NCBI GenBank assembly: GCA_963813815.1
Contig: CAWFAD010000009.1
Coordinates: 1 to 64,000 of the forward strand
Source of the DNA: an uncultured bacterium
Lineage (GTDB): Bacteria; Krumholzibacteriota; Krumholzibacteriia; Krumholzibacteriales; Krumholzibacteriaceae
Length of the DNA: 64,000 nt
Reading direction: 5' to 3'
Below, piece by piece: positions 51,986 to 62,345 of this stretch. The position numbers were made by a program, and so were the translations under genes. The notes under the pieces are model-generated. The model saw nothing but the letters and a program-made list of their open reading frames with translations. It searched no databases and had not been told where the DNA came from. How positions within the stretch are numbered: the first letter of the stretch is position 1; each line of letters begins with the position of its first letter.

Positions 51986-52885
51986 ATGCTGTATTTTGTC
52001 ATCGGAGCCGTCGTCCTCTTCCTGTTTCTCGTCGGCGTCAGGGTCGTGCGGCCGACCCACCGCGGGCTCATCGAGCGGATGGGAAAATACCAGCGGTTCG
52101 CCCAGCCGGGCTTTCACTGGGTCATTCCGATCGTCGAGCGGATGATCAGGGTCAACGTCACCGAGCAGATGATCGACGCCGAGCCGCAGGAGATCATCAC
52201 GAACGACAACCTCAACGCTCGGGTCGACGCGCAGGTCTACTTCAAGGTGAAGGCCGACGAGGAGAGCGTGAAGTCCTCGCAGTACAACGTCAACAGCTAC
52301 GAGTACCAGATCGTGAACCTCGCCCGCACGACGCTGCGCAACATCATCGGCACGCTCACGCTGAAGTCCGCGAACAGCGAGCGCAACAGGATCAACGGCG
52401 ACCTCCTCTCGACGCTGGCCCACGAAACGCAAAGCTGGGGCATGGAGATCGTGCGCACCGAGCTCAAGGAGATCGACCCGCCGAAGGACGTGCAGGAGAC
52501 GATGAACAAGGTCGTGAAGGCCGAGAACGAGAAGGTCGCCTCGCTCGATTTCGCGAACGCGCGGGAGCGCGAGGCCGACGGTATGAAGCGCGCCGAGATC
52601 AAGAAGGCCGAGGGAATCAAGCAGGGGCAGATCCTTCAGGCCGAGGGCCAGGCGGAGGCGATCCGGCTCGTCAACGAGGCCGCGAACAAGTATTTCATCG
52701 GGAACGCCCAGCTTCTGAGAAAGCTCGAGACGGTCGAGCGTTCGCTCAAAGACAACGCCAAGATCGTCATCCCGGCCGAATCGGAGCTCGTGAACGTCAT
52801 CGGCGATCTCTCGGGCGTGCTGCCGCTTCGCCGCGGCGAGCGCGAGGAGCGCGCCGAGCAGCGCGAGCCCGGCCGGCAGGCGTAA
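51986..52885 (+). CDS. SPFH/band 7 (stomatin/prohibitin) protein
   Basis: N-terminal TM, QEIIT.DN, LRNIIG, WG......E, coiled-coil tail; AAGGAGG RBS. Confidence 0.93.
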   Translation: MLYFVIGAVVLFLFLVGVRVVRPTHRGLIERMGKYQRFAQPGFHWVIPIVERMIRVNVTEQMIDAEPQEIITNDNLNARVDAQVYFKVKADEESVKSSQYNVNSYEYQIVNLARTTLRNIIGTLTLKSANSERNRINGDLLSTLAHETQSWGMEIVRTELKEIDPPKDVQETMNKVVKAENEKVASLDFANAREREADGMKRAEIKKAEGIKQGQILQAEGQAEAIRLVNEAANKYFIGNAQLLRKLETVERSLKDNAKIVIPAESELVNVIGDLSGVLPLRRGEREERAEQREPGRQA

Positions 52886-52952
52886 CGCGCCGAAGAAATC
52901 TCCCGCCGTATCGAGCAAGGGCCGCCGTGCGCGACAGCCGCGCACGGCGGCC

Positions 52953-53267
52953 TCACCGTCGCTTCCACTGATATCGTTTCAAATCGATCCCGCCGTCGGC
53001 GTCGAACCTCACGCCTTCGATCTCGAGTCTCACGCGCTGCTCGTCCTCTCCGTCGGGATCAATCGAACCGAGGCTGATGCGCCCCCTCGCGTTTACGACG
53101 CGGTGCCACGGCACGTCCGATCCTGCCGGCAGGGCGTGCAGCGCATACCCCACGCGCCGGGCGTGCCCGGGGATGCCCGCGAGCTCGGCGATCTGCCCGT
53201 ACGTCGCCACGCGCCCGCGCGGTATGCGGCGGACGAGCGAGTAAACGTCTTCATAGCTGCTGCTCAT
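52953..53267 (-). CDS. Alkyltransferase-like protein (MGMT family, Atl/YbaZ)
   Basis: IPRGRVATYGQIA, ARRVG and PWHRV (Trp replaces the catalytic Cys). Confidence 0.9.
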   Translation of the reverse strand: MSSSYEDVYSLVRRIPRGRVATYGQIAELAGIPGHARRVGYALHALPAGSDVPWHRVVNARGRISLGSIDPDGEDEQRVRLEIEGVRFDADGGIDLKRYQWKRR

Positions 53268-53349
53268 AATTTGTTCGCGCGCCTGGCGCCAGTATGGGGA
53301 AGCGGCGGCTCGGCCATCAAGGGCAATCTGGCATCCGTCGAAAGTCGGC

Positions 53350-53378
53350 TTGCGCAACCCGCCGCAACTTATTATTAT
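53350..53378 (+). promoter_or_regulatory. Putative sigma70 promoter of typA
   Basis: TTGCGC-17 nt-TATTAT. Confidence 0.55.
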
Positions 53379-53464
53379 TCGCCGAGTCTACGAGAACTCG
53401 GGCCGCGGGTTTCCGGGCCCGGTTCTGTTTTTTTATGGTCTTCCGAGCGGCGGTTCGTGCCAGT

Positions 53465-55378
53465 ATGACGTCGGTCAAACACATACGCAACCTCGCGATC
53501 ATCGCGCATATCGATCACGGCAAGACGACGCTCATCGACTCCATCTTTCGCGCGACCCGCACGTTCCGCGACAACGAGCAGGTCGCCGAGCGCCTCATGG
53601 ACAACAACGACCTCGAGCGCGAGCGCGGCATCACGATCCGGGCCAAGCACTGCACGGTCAACTGGAACGGATACCTCATCAACATCATCGACACGCCGGG
53701 GCACGCCGATTTCTCGGGCGAGGTCGAGCGGGTGCTCTCGATGGTCGACGCGGTTCTCTTGCTCGTCGACGCCAACGAGGGGCCGATGCCGCAGACCCGG
53801 TACGTGCTCATGCGCTCGCTGCGGCTCGGACTCCGACCCATCGTCATCGTCAACAAGGTCGATCGCCCGCACGCGCGCCCCGATCACACGCTGAACAAAA
53901 CGTTCGACCTCTTCCTCGACCTCGGCGCGAGCGACGAGCAGGCGCACTTCCCCGTTCTCTACGGCTCGGGGCTCGACGGCTGGCTCGTGCGGGACCTCGA
54001 GAAGGACGCGCACGAAGGCATGGACGCTCTCTTCGAAACGATCGTCGAGCACGTGAAGCCCCCGAAGGTCGACCGGCATGGCCCCTTTCTCATGCAGGTG
54101 AGCACGCTCGCCTGGAGCGACTACATAGGCCAGATCGGCTGCGGCCGCGTGCTGCGCGGCACGCTCGCGAAGGGCGGCGAGTTCACGCGGTTCGTGACGC
54201 GTTGGAAGAACGCCGCCGATCAGGACGCCGGCTGGGACGTGACGGGCGCGGCCAAGGAAAAGAGCGTGCAGCTCTGGGTGACCCGCGGCCTGCAGCGCGT
54301 CGAAGTGGACTCCATCAGCGCGGGCGATATCGTCTGGCTCGCCGGGCCGCGCGAGATCGGCATCGGAGACACCTTCTCGACCATCGAAGACCCCGCGGCG
54401 GCTCTCAAGCCCCTCGAGATCGAGGAGCCGACGGTGTCGATGTTCTTTCTCGTCAACACGGGGCCCTTCTCGGGAAACGACGGCACGGCCATCACGCTGC
54501 GACAGCTCAAGGAGCGCCTCCAGCGGGAGCTGCGCACCAACGTGGCGCTCCGCATGGAGGATCTCGGACGATCCGACGGCGTAAAGGTGCTCGGCCGGGG
54601 CGAGCTGCACCTCGCCATTCTCATCGAGGAGATGCGGCGCGAGGGGCTCGAGATCTGCGTCTCCCGCCCCGAGGTCATCACGCACCGCGACGCGGACGGC
54701 AACCTTCTCGAGCCGATCGAGCAGCTCATCATCGACGTCCCCGGCGAGCATCAGGGGATCATCATCGAGAAGCTCGCGCGCCGCAAGGCGGAGCTTCGAA
54801 CCGTCGAGAACTCGGGCGCCGCGGTCGTGCGGATCGAGTTCGAGATACCGACCCGCGGGCTCATCGGATACCGGTCCGAGTTTCTGACGGACACCCGCGG
54901 CCTCGGAATCATGTCCTCCCGCTTCCTCGCGTACGGGCCCTGGCGGGGCGAGATCGCCTCGCGCAACCGCGGCTCGCTCGTGAGCATCGCCACGGGATCG
55001 GCGACGGGGTACTCGATCGAAGCGCTCCAGGAGCGCTCGGTGATCTTCGTGCAGCCGGCCGAAAAGGTCTACACCGGGCAGGTCGTGGGCGAGAACTCGC
55101 GGGGCGACGATATGGAGTGCAATCCGACGAAGCAAAAGCACCTCACGAACCACCGCTCCTCCACGAAGGACATCGCGGTCGCGATCAACGTGCCGCGCTC
55201 GATGTCGCTCGAGCAGGCGCTCGGTTGGATCGCCGCCGATGAGCTCGTGGAAGTCACGCCGAAGGCGATTCGGATGCGCAAGGCGATACTCGACGCCCTG
55301 CAGAGAAAACGCTCGCAGAAGACGCAGAACGCCTCCGCGAGGGAGATCGGCGCGCCGCCGGTTCAGCCGGCCGCCTGA
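53465..55378 (+). CDS. typA: Translational GTPase TypA/BipA
   Basis: [40 protein letters not shown]. Confidence 0.96.
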   Translation: MTSVKHIRNLAIIAHIDHGKTTLIDSIFRATRTFRDNEQVAERLMDNNDLERERGITIRAKHCTVNWNGYLINIIDTPGHADFSGEVERVLSMVDAVLLLVDANEGPMPQTRYVLMRSLRLGLRPIVIVNKVDRPHARPDHTLNKTFDLFLDLGASDEQAHFPVLYGSGLDGWLVRDLEKDAHEGMDALFETIVEHVKPPKVDRHGPFLMQVSTLAWSDYIGQIGCGRVLRGTLAKGGEFTRFVTRWKNAADQDAGWDVTGAAKEKSVQLWVTRGLQRVEVDSISAGDIVWLAGPREIGIGDTFSTIEDPAAALKPLEIEEPTVSMFFLVNTGPFSGNDGTAITLRQLKERLQRELRTNVALRMEDLGRSDGVKVLGRGELHLAILIEEMRREGLEICVSRPEVITHRDADGNLLEPIEQLIIDVPGEHQGIIIEKLARRKAELRTVENSGAAVVRIEFEIPTRGLIGYRSEFLTDTRGLGIMSSRFLAYGPWRGEIASRNRGSLVSIATGSATGYSIEALQERSVIFVQPAEKVYTGQVVGENSRGDDMECNPTKQKHLTNHRSSTKDIAVAINVPRSMSLEQALGWIAADELVEVTPKAIRMRKAILDALQRKRSQKTQNASAREIGAPPVQPAA

Positions 55379-55390
55379 TCCAACGACCCT

Positions 55391-57740
55391 CTACAGCCTG
55401 AAGAAATACTGCATTTTGAAAAACAGGTGCCACTCGGTCGGCTCGAAGCCTTGATGGGGATTCCCGGGTTCGGGGCCGAAGCGCGCGAAATCGAAATAGT
55501 TCGATCCGCCGCCGACGTAGAAAACGCTGAACGGGTTGATCTGGTACGTGAGCAGCGGCTCGACGTCGAGATCGCCCGTGAAATCGTCGTACTGAACGAC
55601 GAACCGAAGAAACAGCTCGCGATTGAACTGATAGTTGATCCGCGTTCTCAGTATATAGCCGTCGAACACCTCTTCGCCCGTGTCCTTGCGGGAGAGCTCT
55701 GAATAGGTGAGGATCGGCTCTACCACGAGCCGCTGAGCGAGCTTGATCGTGGCCCAGGCATCGACGTGGGAGCCCTCTCCCAGCGCGGGAGGGCTTTCCG
55801 TGCGGGCTATCCTGTCTCCCAGGCCCAGCCAGAATCCGCACTGAAGATTGTCGCTGAAGGCGGTTCTCATCTCCGTGTAGAACAGCCGTATATCGTCGAA
55901 AAAGACTTCCCGGAAGCGCTCGGCGTAGAAATCGTACCCCACCATCACGCTGGTTTGCCGCTTGAACACCACCTCCACCCAGTTTTCCACCGACTGGGCC
56001 TTGTAGACGCTGAACGCGTTCCATCTCCGGCTGTACTCGTTCGTCGGGATGATCTCGTCGAGCCACCGGTTGTCCAGGTAGAACACGTACGAGTTGCTCC
56101 ATTCGACGCGGCGGTCGCTGTTGCGGAACACGAACCCGTTGTCCGCGCGAAAGGTCGGGCTCGAATCCCAGAAATCGAGGCTCGACCGCCAGCGCCGCGC
56201 GTCGCGTTCGAGGCCCACGTACGCTCCGTACCCCGTGTACGATTCGCCGTCGAGCGCGACGGTGTAATCCCCGCGGTCGAAGGTGGCGTCTCCGGCGTCC
56301 TCGACGAGCGCGGGATTGTCGGGCTCGCGCGTGATGCTCAGAAGCCCCTGTGTCTTCAGCGCGTAGTTCTGCTTGAAACGTACCAAGCCGTCGAGTCCCG
56401 CGACGGTTCCCGAGCCGCCGTCGTCGTACCCTCGGCTCGTCGCGACCGCGCCGAGATAGCTATCGTCCTTGAACGACCTGCGGAAACGCACGATGCCGCA
56501 CGTGCTCTTGCCCGCGTCCGCCACGAGGCTGTATTCCTCAAAGGGGAGAATGAGGGGCGTATGCTCGTCCCTCGCCGCCAGAGCGACGAATCCCGTCTTG
56601 CTCGTCCTTCCCGTGACCTTGGCCGCGAGCGACGGATCGTTGATGGTTCGCGTGTACACCGCGTTCCACCAGGTTCGGAAGAGATCGCTCCCCTCCTGAA
56701 AGAACGGCCTCCGCTCCGGAAAGAAAAGGGCGAAGGTCGTGTTCACGTCAATCTGGGCGACGTCGGATTCGACCTGGCTGAAATCGGGATTGAGAGCGAG
56801 CTCGGCCCCGACGCTCGAGCTGATGCCGTAGCGGATGCCGAGAGACGGATCGACGTCGAAATCGCGATTGTCGAATCCCGAGTCGGGATCCTCGCCGTCG
56901 CGAAGCGCTCCCGATTGCGAGCCGACGATCGTGGGAAGGAACTCGAACGAGCTTCCGGGCCGGACTCCGCTGATGCCGCTCAGCGTTCCCAGCTGGCAGA
57001 GAATGCAGGGGTTGTCGCGGAGCACCGCGGCCCACGAGTAGCTCCTCCTGCTGTCGCGCGGGTGATTGCGCCAGAAGGTGATGCGCCAGCTCTGATCTTC
57101 GCGGTCCGGGAATCTGAGGCTCTTGAACGGAATGGCGATCTCCACCTGATAGCCGTCGGGCGTAATCCGCCCGGCGGAATCGAACACGACGTCGAATCCC
57201 AGGTCTTCATACCCCTTTCCTGATGGCCTGGCCGCCGGCTCCGTACTCGACGTCCGAGCCCTCGTCCTCTTCCGAAAGCGTCCACCGCTTGTCCCCCTGG
57301 ATGCCGAGCGGGTTGACGAACAGCTCGTACGCCCAGGCGGTGTTGTCGTACGTGTCGAGGATGATGCCGACGTAGTCGTCGTTGAATATTTCGTCGCGGG
57401 CCCGCAACGTCGCCCGAATCGCCGAAGGATCGTCATGGGCGAAAAAGGCGATATACAAGCGGCTCCGGTCGTAGGTCACGAGAACCTCGGTGTCGGCCTG
57501 GGGCCGCACCTGATCTCCGGGGGAGATTTCGGCGAAATTGCCCGCGCGGGCGGCGTTCTTCCATCCGTCGTCGTCGAGGAGCCCGTCGATGCGGATAGCG
57601 CCATCGATCGGCGCGACGCGAAGCGCCGGCCGCACGTTCGGGCTGAACGAAGCGGCCTCCTCGCCCGCGACCGCGACGGAGGATAAAACTCCAAGCGCCG
57701 CGCAAAACGCAAGAATACTTCTCAAAGGACAACGCCTCAT
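55391..57740 (-). CDS. CBM9-like/DUF5916 outer membrane protein; frameshift near 57212
   Basis: IDG.LDD..W, EIAIPFKSLRF, NPDFSQVE.D, FPERRPFF.EG, C-terminal K.QYFF; removing one base from the homopolymer at 57212-57215 joins the ORFs. Confidence 0.85.
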
Positions 57741-57845
57741 CTGCATATAAATAGAAATGCGGATAGATCCTGGCACCGTCCCCAGTCTGGCCGATTCGCC
57801 GGAAGCGTGTCAATAGTTTTAGGAGCGCGGCTCGCGAAAGCGCAT

Positions 57846-57874
57846 TTGACACATGTGTCAACATTTGTTAACGT
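57846..57874 (+). promoter_or_regulatory. Putative sigma70 promoter of the kinase operon, overlapped by a perfect 16-bp palindrome
   Basis: TTGACA-17 nt-TAACGT with extended TG; TTGACACATGTGTCAA at 57846-57861. Confidence 0.6.
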
Positions 57875-57939
57875 AGTCGCCAGGCGATAGCTCCAACGCA
57901 CAGCTTCTCCACTGCATCCGACCGGCAGAGGTCTCGCCC

Positions 57940-60547
57940 ATGGACTCTCTCGTCGGCAAAATCGTCTCGCACTACAGAATCATCGAGAGAATCGGCGCCG
58001 GCGGCATGGGCGTCGTGTACAAGGCCGAGGACACGAAGCTCGGCCGCACCGTCGCCCTCAAGTTTTTGCCCCCCGAGATGACCCGCGACCGCAAGGCCAA
58101 GGAGCGCTTCGTGGCCGAGGCGCGGGCGGCCTCCGCGATAGAGCATTCCAACATCTGCACGATATTCGAGGTCGACGAGATCGAGGACGACCGGATATTC
58201 ATCTCGATGGCCTATTACCAGGGCAAGACGCTGAGAGAGCGCATCGCCGAGGGGCCGCTCGGGCTCGCGGAAGCGCTCGACGTCGCCTCGCAGACCGCCC
58301 ACGGGCTCGCCAAGGCCCACGCCCACGGGATCGTGCACAGGGACATCAAACCGGGCAACATTTTCCTCACGGATGACGGCGCGGTGAAGATCGTCGACTT
58401 CGGGCTCGCCAAGCTCGCCGGGCAGGCGAGGCTCACGACCTCGGGGAAAACGATGGGCACCGTCTCGTACATGTCCCCCGAGCAGGCGCGGGGCGAGGAG
58501 ACGGGCCCCCGGACGGACGTCTGGGCCTTGGGAGTCGTGCTCTACGAAATGGTGACGGGCGAGCTGCCGTTTCGGGGCGACTACGACGTCGCGGTCATCT
58601 ACTCGATCTTGAACGAGACGCCCCCGGCGATGAGCGCCGTCCGCCCCGGCATACCGGAGGAGCTCGAGAAGATCGTCGAGAAGGCGCTCGCGCGCGACGA
58701 GGCCGGGCGCTACGAGGACGCGGGCGCGCTCCATTCGGATCTCGCCGCGCTCAAACAGCAGCTCGATTTCAGCACGTTCACGGGCGCGCACGAGTGGAAT
58801 TTCAAAGGCGGGAAAAGGAGGCGGATAATGGCTCTCGTGGGCGCGGCGGTCGCCGTCGCGGCCCTCGCCGTCGTCTGGCGGACCGCGGGCGAAAGGCGAG
58901 GCCCCGCGCCCGGGCTGCCCGGTCAGGCCCGCAAGGTCACGAGCGGCGACGCATGGCAGGGCGATCCCGCCCTCTCGCCGGACGGAAGCAGAATCGCGTA
59001 CTCCTCGGACGAATCAGGCAACAAAGACATCTACATCACGAACGCGAGCGGAGAGAGCAACCTGAGGCTCACGAACGACCCCGCTCCCGATTATTACCCG
59101 GCGTGGTTTCCCGACGGAGAGGCGATCGTCTTCGTCTCGGAGCGGAGCGGCATCCCCTCGATCTGGAAAATGAGCTCGCTCGGTGGCGGCGCCACCTTGC
59201 TCGTCGAGAACGCCATCGATCCCGCGATATCGCCCGATGGCGCGCGGATCGCGTTCACGACGCTCTTGCCGGGAGGGGATCAGTTCATCGCCGTCGCTTC
59301 GCTCGCCGATGCCGGAAAGGTGACGCTTCTCACGGGGCCGTCGGACGGGCTGTGGGACCACCGAAAGCCGGCGTGGTCTCCCGACGGAAGAACGATCTGC
59401 TACGCCAGCGCGGCAGGACCTCTGGACCGTATCCGCTTCGGGCGGTCCGGCCATGCGTCTGACGAGAGAGGGGGAGAACGACACGAGCCCCGCGTGGTCG
59501 AGCGACGGCAAGCGCGTGTACTTCTCCTCCGAGCGCGAAGGGACGCTCGCCCTTTGGCGCATCGACGTCAGGGGGGCCGCGCTCACGAGGCTCACGCAGG
59601 GACCGGGGTACGAGTACGACCCGAGCGTCAGCGGGGACGGCTCGCGAATCGCCTACGCGACGCGGAGAGAGCCGGGGGCGCTGTACCTCAGGGATATGAG
59701 GGCGAAGACGGACACGAAGCTCGCCGGGATACGGGGCGACTGTCTCGCCGCCATCGCGCCGGACGGGAGCAAAATCGTGTTCGCGTCGGATCGCGGAGGC
59801 GTGATGTTCGATCTCTGGATGCAGCCGCTCGAAGGCGGACTCCCCTCGGGGCAGCCGCAGCGCCTCACCGAGGACTCGGCGCACGCCTCGTGCCCGATGT
59901 TCTCGCCCGACGGCAAGTGGATCGCGTACTACCGGCTTCTCGGCGAGCAGCGCGACGTCTATACGATTTCGGCCTCGGGCGGCCAGCCGATCAGGTTCAC
60001 CGACGATCCCGCGTCCGACGTCCAGCCGGCGTGGTCTCCGGACGGCTCCAAGATCGCTTTCGCCTCGGAGCGCGGCGGCCGCTTCGACATCTGGATCGCT
60101 CCGGTGGCCGAGGGACGACCCACCGGCCCGCCGCTGCGCCTCACGAGCGCTCCCGCGGACGCCATCGCTCCCGTCTGGTCGCCCGATGGAACGCGCATCG
60201 CGTACGTCGGCGACACCGAGAGCGGCCCCGACGTCTGGATCGTGCCGGCGGACGGCAAGGCGCCGGGGAAAAGAATCACATCGGGGGCGAACGTGGAGAC
60301 GGTTCGGTGGGACCCCCTCGCCGGGGCGCTCCTCGCGAGCGGAAGATGGGGCGAGGACGAGCTGAGCATTCGCCGGGTCTCGCCCGAAGGAGGGGCGGTT
60401 TCGCCGATCGATCCGCCCATCGTTCTCGGCCCCGCGCCGACGACCGCGTTATTCGACGTCACGCTCGACGGAGGTCTCGTGCTCTTTCCTCGCGAGAACA
60501 AGCGGGGAAACATTTGGGCGCACGAGGCGAAGAAGGGAACGTTCTGA
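57940..60547 (+). CDS. Hanks-type Ser/Thr protein kinase with TM helix and TolB/PD40 beta-propeller; frameshift near 59407
   Basis: GAGGMG.VY, VALK, HRDIKPGN, DFG, YMSPEQ; repeated P.WSPDG..IA; frame changes at TICYA/RQDLWTVS. Confidence 0.9.
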
Positions 60548-60570
60548 CTCTGACGAAAAGGAGGGACGAC

Positions 60571-60996
60571 ATGGTAGCGCGAAAACCGGCGCCCCGGGCT
60601 CTGGCCGCGAGGCGCGAGACGCGGAAGGCGCTCTTGGAGGCGCTCGCCTCCATCCGCGCGGCGAAGAGGGCCATCGTCAAGACGGGAGCGATGAGGACGA
60701 CCGTCTACCCCGCGGTATTCCCGCCGCAGACGCCGACGAGCGTTTGCAAGACGATCACCACGGATTCCATCGTCCTGAACCCGCCCTACGTGCCGTTCAC
60801 CAAGTGCAGGGCCTTCTATCCTCCGAGGGTTCCGTTCAAAATATGCGGCATTCCGCCGCGTGGGATCGATGTGACGAGGGAAGATTTCAGGAAGGGGCTC
60901 GAGGCGATCGAGCTGTGGATACGGTACGTGCAGAAGGTCTTCGACACGGCCGCTTCGAAGAGACCGGCGCTGCCCAAACCGAAAGCCCGGCGGTAA
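60571..60996 (+). CDS. 141-aa protein with three PPxxPxxxC repeats; candidate radical SAM substrate
   Basis: AAGGAGG RBS, ATG 60571; lies 23 nt after the kinase and 15 nt before the radical SAM gene. Confidence 0.75.
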   Translation: MVARKPAPRALAARRETRKALLEALASIRAAKRAIVKTGAMRTTVYPAVFPPQTPTSVCKTITTDSIVLNPPYVPFTKCRAFYPPRVPFKICGIPPRGIDVTREDFRKGLEAIELWIRYVQKVFDTAASKRPALPKPKARR

Positions 60997-61011
60997 GGGC
61001 GGCGGAAGAGC

Positions 61012-62235
61012 ATGTCCCCCCTCGAGCGTATCGAGGCGCTCACCCTCATCCTCACGTCGCGCTGCAACATGCGCTGCGCCTACTGCTACCAGAGCGCGAA
61101 ACGGCCGGCGAGCGCGTCGTGGAGGACGATCGGCGCCGCGATCGACCTCGCGATGGACGGCGGGCGCGGGGAGATCGACATCGGGTTCTGCGGGGGCGAG
61201 CCGCTTCTCGAGTTTCCCCTCATGCGACGCGCGGTCGCGCGCGCCGAGGGGAAGCGGCCGGGCGGACGGGGCGCGACGTACTACATCAGCACGAACGGCA
61301 CGCTCCTCACTGAGGAGATCGCCGCCTTTCTCGAAGAGCATCGCTTCGAGACGCAGATCAGCTTCGACGGCGTCGCGGCCGCTCAGGACCTTCGAGGACG
61401 CGGCACCTTCCGGACTCTCGACCGGCTGCTCGCGCGGTTGCGAATAAGGCACGCCGGGTTCTACGAGAGCAACGTCTCGATCGCCCTCACCGTGACCCCG
61501 CGCAACCTCGCGCAGCTCGCCGAGTCGGTCTCCTACTTTCTCGACATGGGCGCGTCGAGAATCGTGATCGCGCCGGCCATCGCCTCGGACGCCGAGTGGA
61601 GCGACGATCTCATGGGCGGGCTCGACGCGCAGCTCGCCTCGGCGTTCGAGAGAAGCCTCGCGTACTACGAGGAAACGGGAGAGATACCGGTTCAAATGTT
61701 TCGCGGCGGGGACGCGCCCTCGAGCGCGCCGAGAGGGCGGCCACTCTGCGGCGCCGCTCGCGCGGCGGGCATCACGGTCGACGTCGACGGCGAGGTCTAC
61801 GGATGCTCCATGTTCGCTCGCTCCTACCTCGACGTCGAATCGCCGCTCCTTCGCGCGTGCGTGGAGGCGATGCGCCTCGGGAGGATCGACGATCCCGGTC
61901 TCTCCCGCCGCCTCGCCTCCCACCCCGCGGCGGTGCGGCGGGCGGGGATATTCCACCGCAAGGACCGAAAGCGCTCGGCGCACGCGAGGTGCGCCGAGTG
62001 CCGCTATCTCGATCGCTGCTTCGTCTGCCCCGCGTGCATCGCCTTCGCGCCCGGGAACGGCGACCCCGACAGGATCTCGGACTTCTGCTGCGCCTTTAAT
62101 CAAGCGGCGCTGAAATATCAGGACCGCTTCCCGCGCGAGGCGGCGGCCGGCGACGCGCTCCTCGCGCCCCCCGGCGCCGCGGCCGAGATGGAGCGCTGGA
62201 GGATTCTCGCCGGCGGAGCGCCGCGCCCCGCATAG
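61012..62235 (+). CDS. Radical SAM/SPASM domain protein
   Basis: CNMRCAYC, GGEPLL, STNG, ISFDG; SPASM LC...DGEVYGC and CAEC.....C..C..C...CC. Confidence 0.92.
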   Translation: MSPLERIEALTLILTSRCNMRCAYCYQSAKRPASASWRTIGAAIDLAMDGGRGEIDIGFCGGEPLLEFPLMRRAVARAEGKRPGGRGATYYISTNGTLLTEEIAAFLEEHRFETQISFDGVAAAQDLRGRGTFRTLDRLLARLRIRHAGFYESNVSIALTVTPRNLAQLAESVSYFLDMGASRIVIAPAIASDAEWSDDLMGGLDAQLASAFERSLAYYEETGEIPVQMFRGGDAPSSAPRGRPLCGAARAAGITVDVDGEVYGCSMFARSYLDVESPLLRACVEAMRLGRIDDPGLSRRLASHPAAVRRAGIFHRKDRKRSAHARCAECRYLDRCFVCPACIAFAPGNGDPDRISDFCCAFNQAALKYQDRFPREAAAGDALLAPPGAAAEMERWRILAGGAPRPA

Positions 62236-62345
62236 CCCGCATCCTCGTAGCCCGCATCCACTTCAAAGCCCGCTCATTCGACGATATTTGGCGGATGCGA
62301 CATATGGTATCCTGCATCCGCACGATGCGAGAAAGGAGCGCCGCT

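Noticed and set aside
57940..60996. 1018-aa kinase ORF read as a single fusion with the Pro/Cys-rich tail
   Set aside because: The middle is out-of-frame sequence after the indel near 59407; the true propeller frame stops at 60547 and the tail has its own RBS and ATG at 60571
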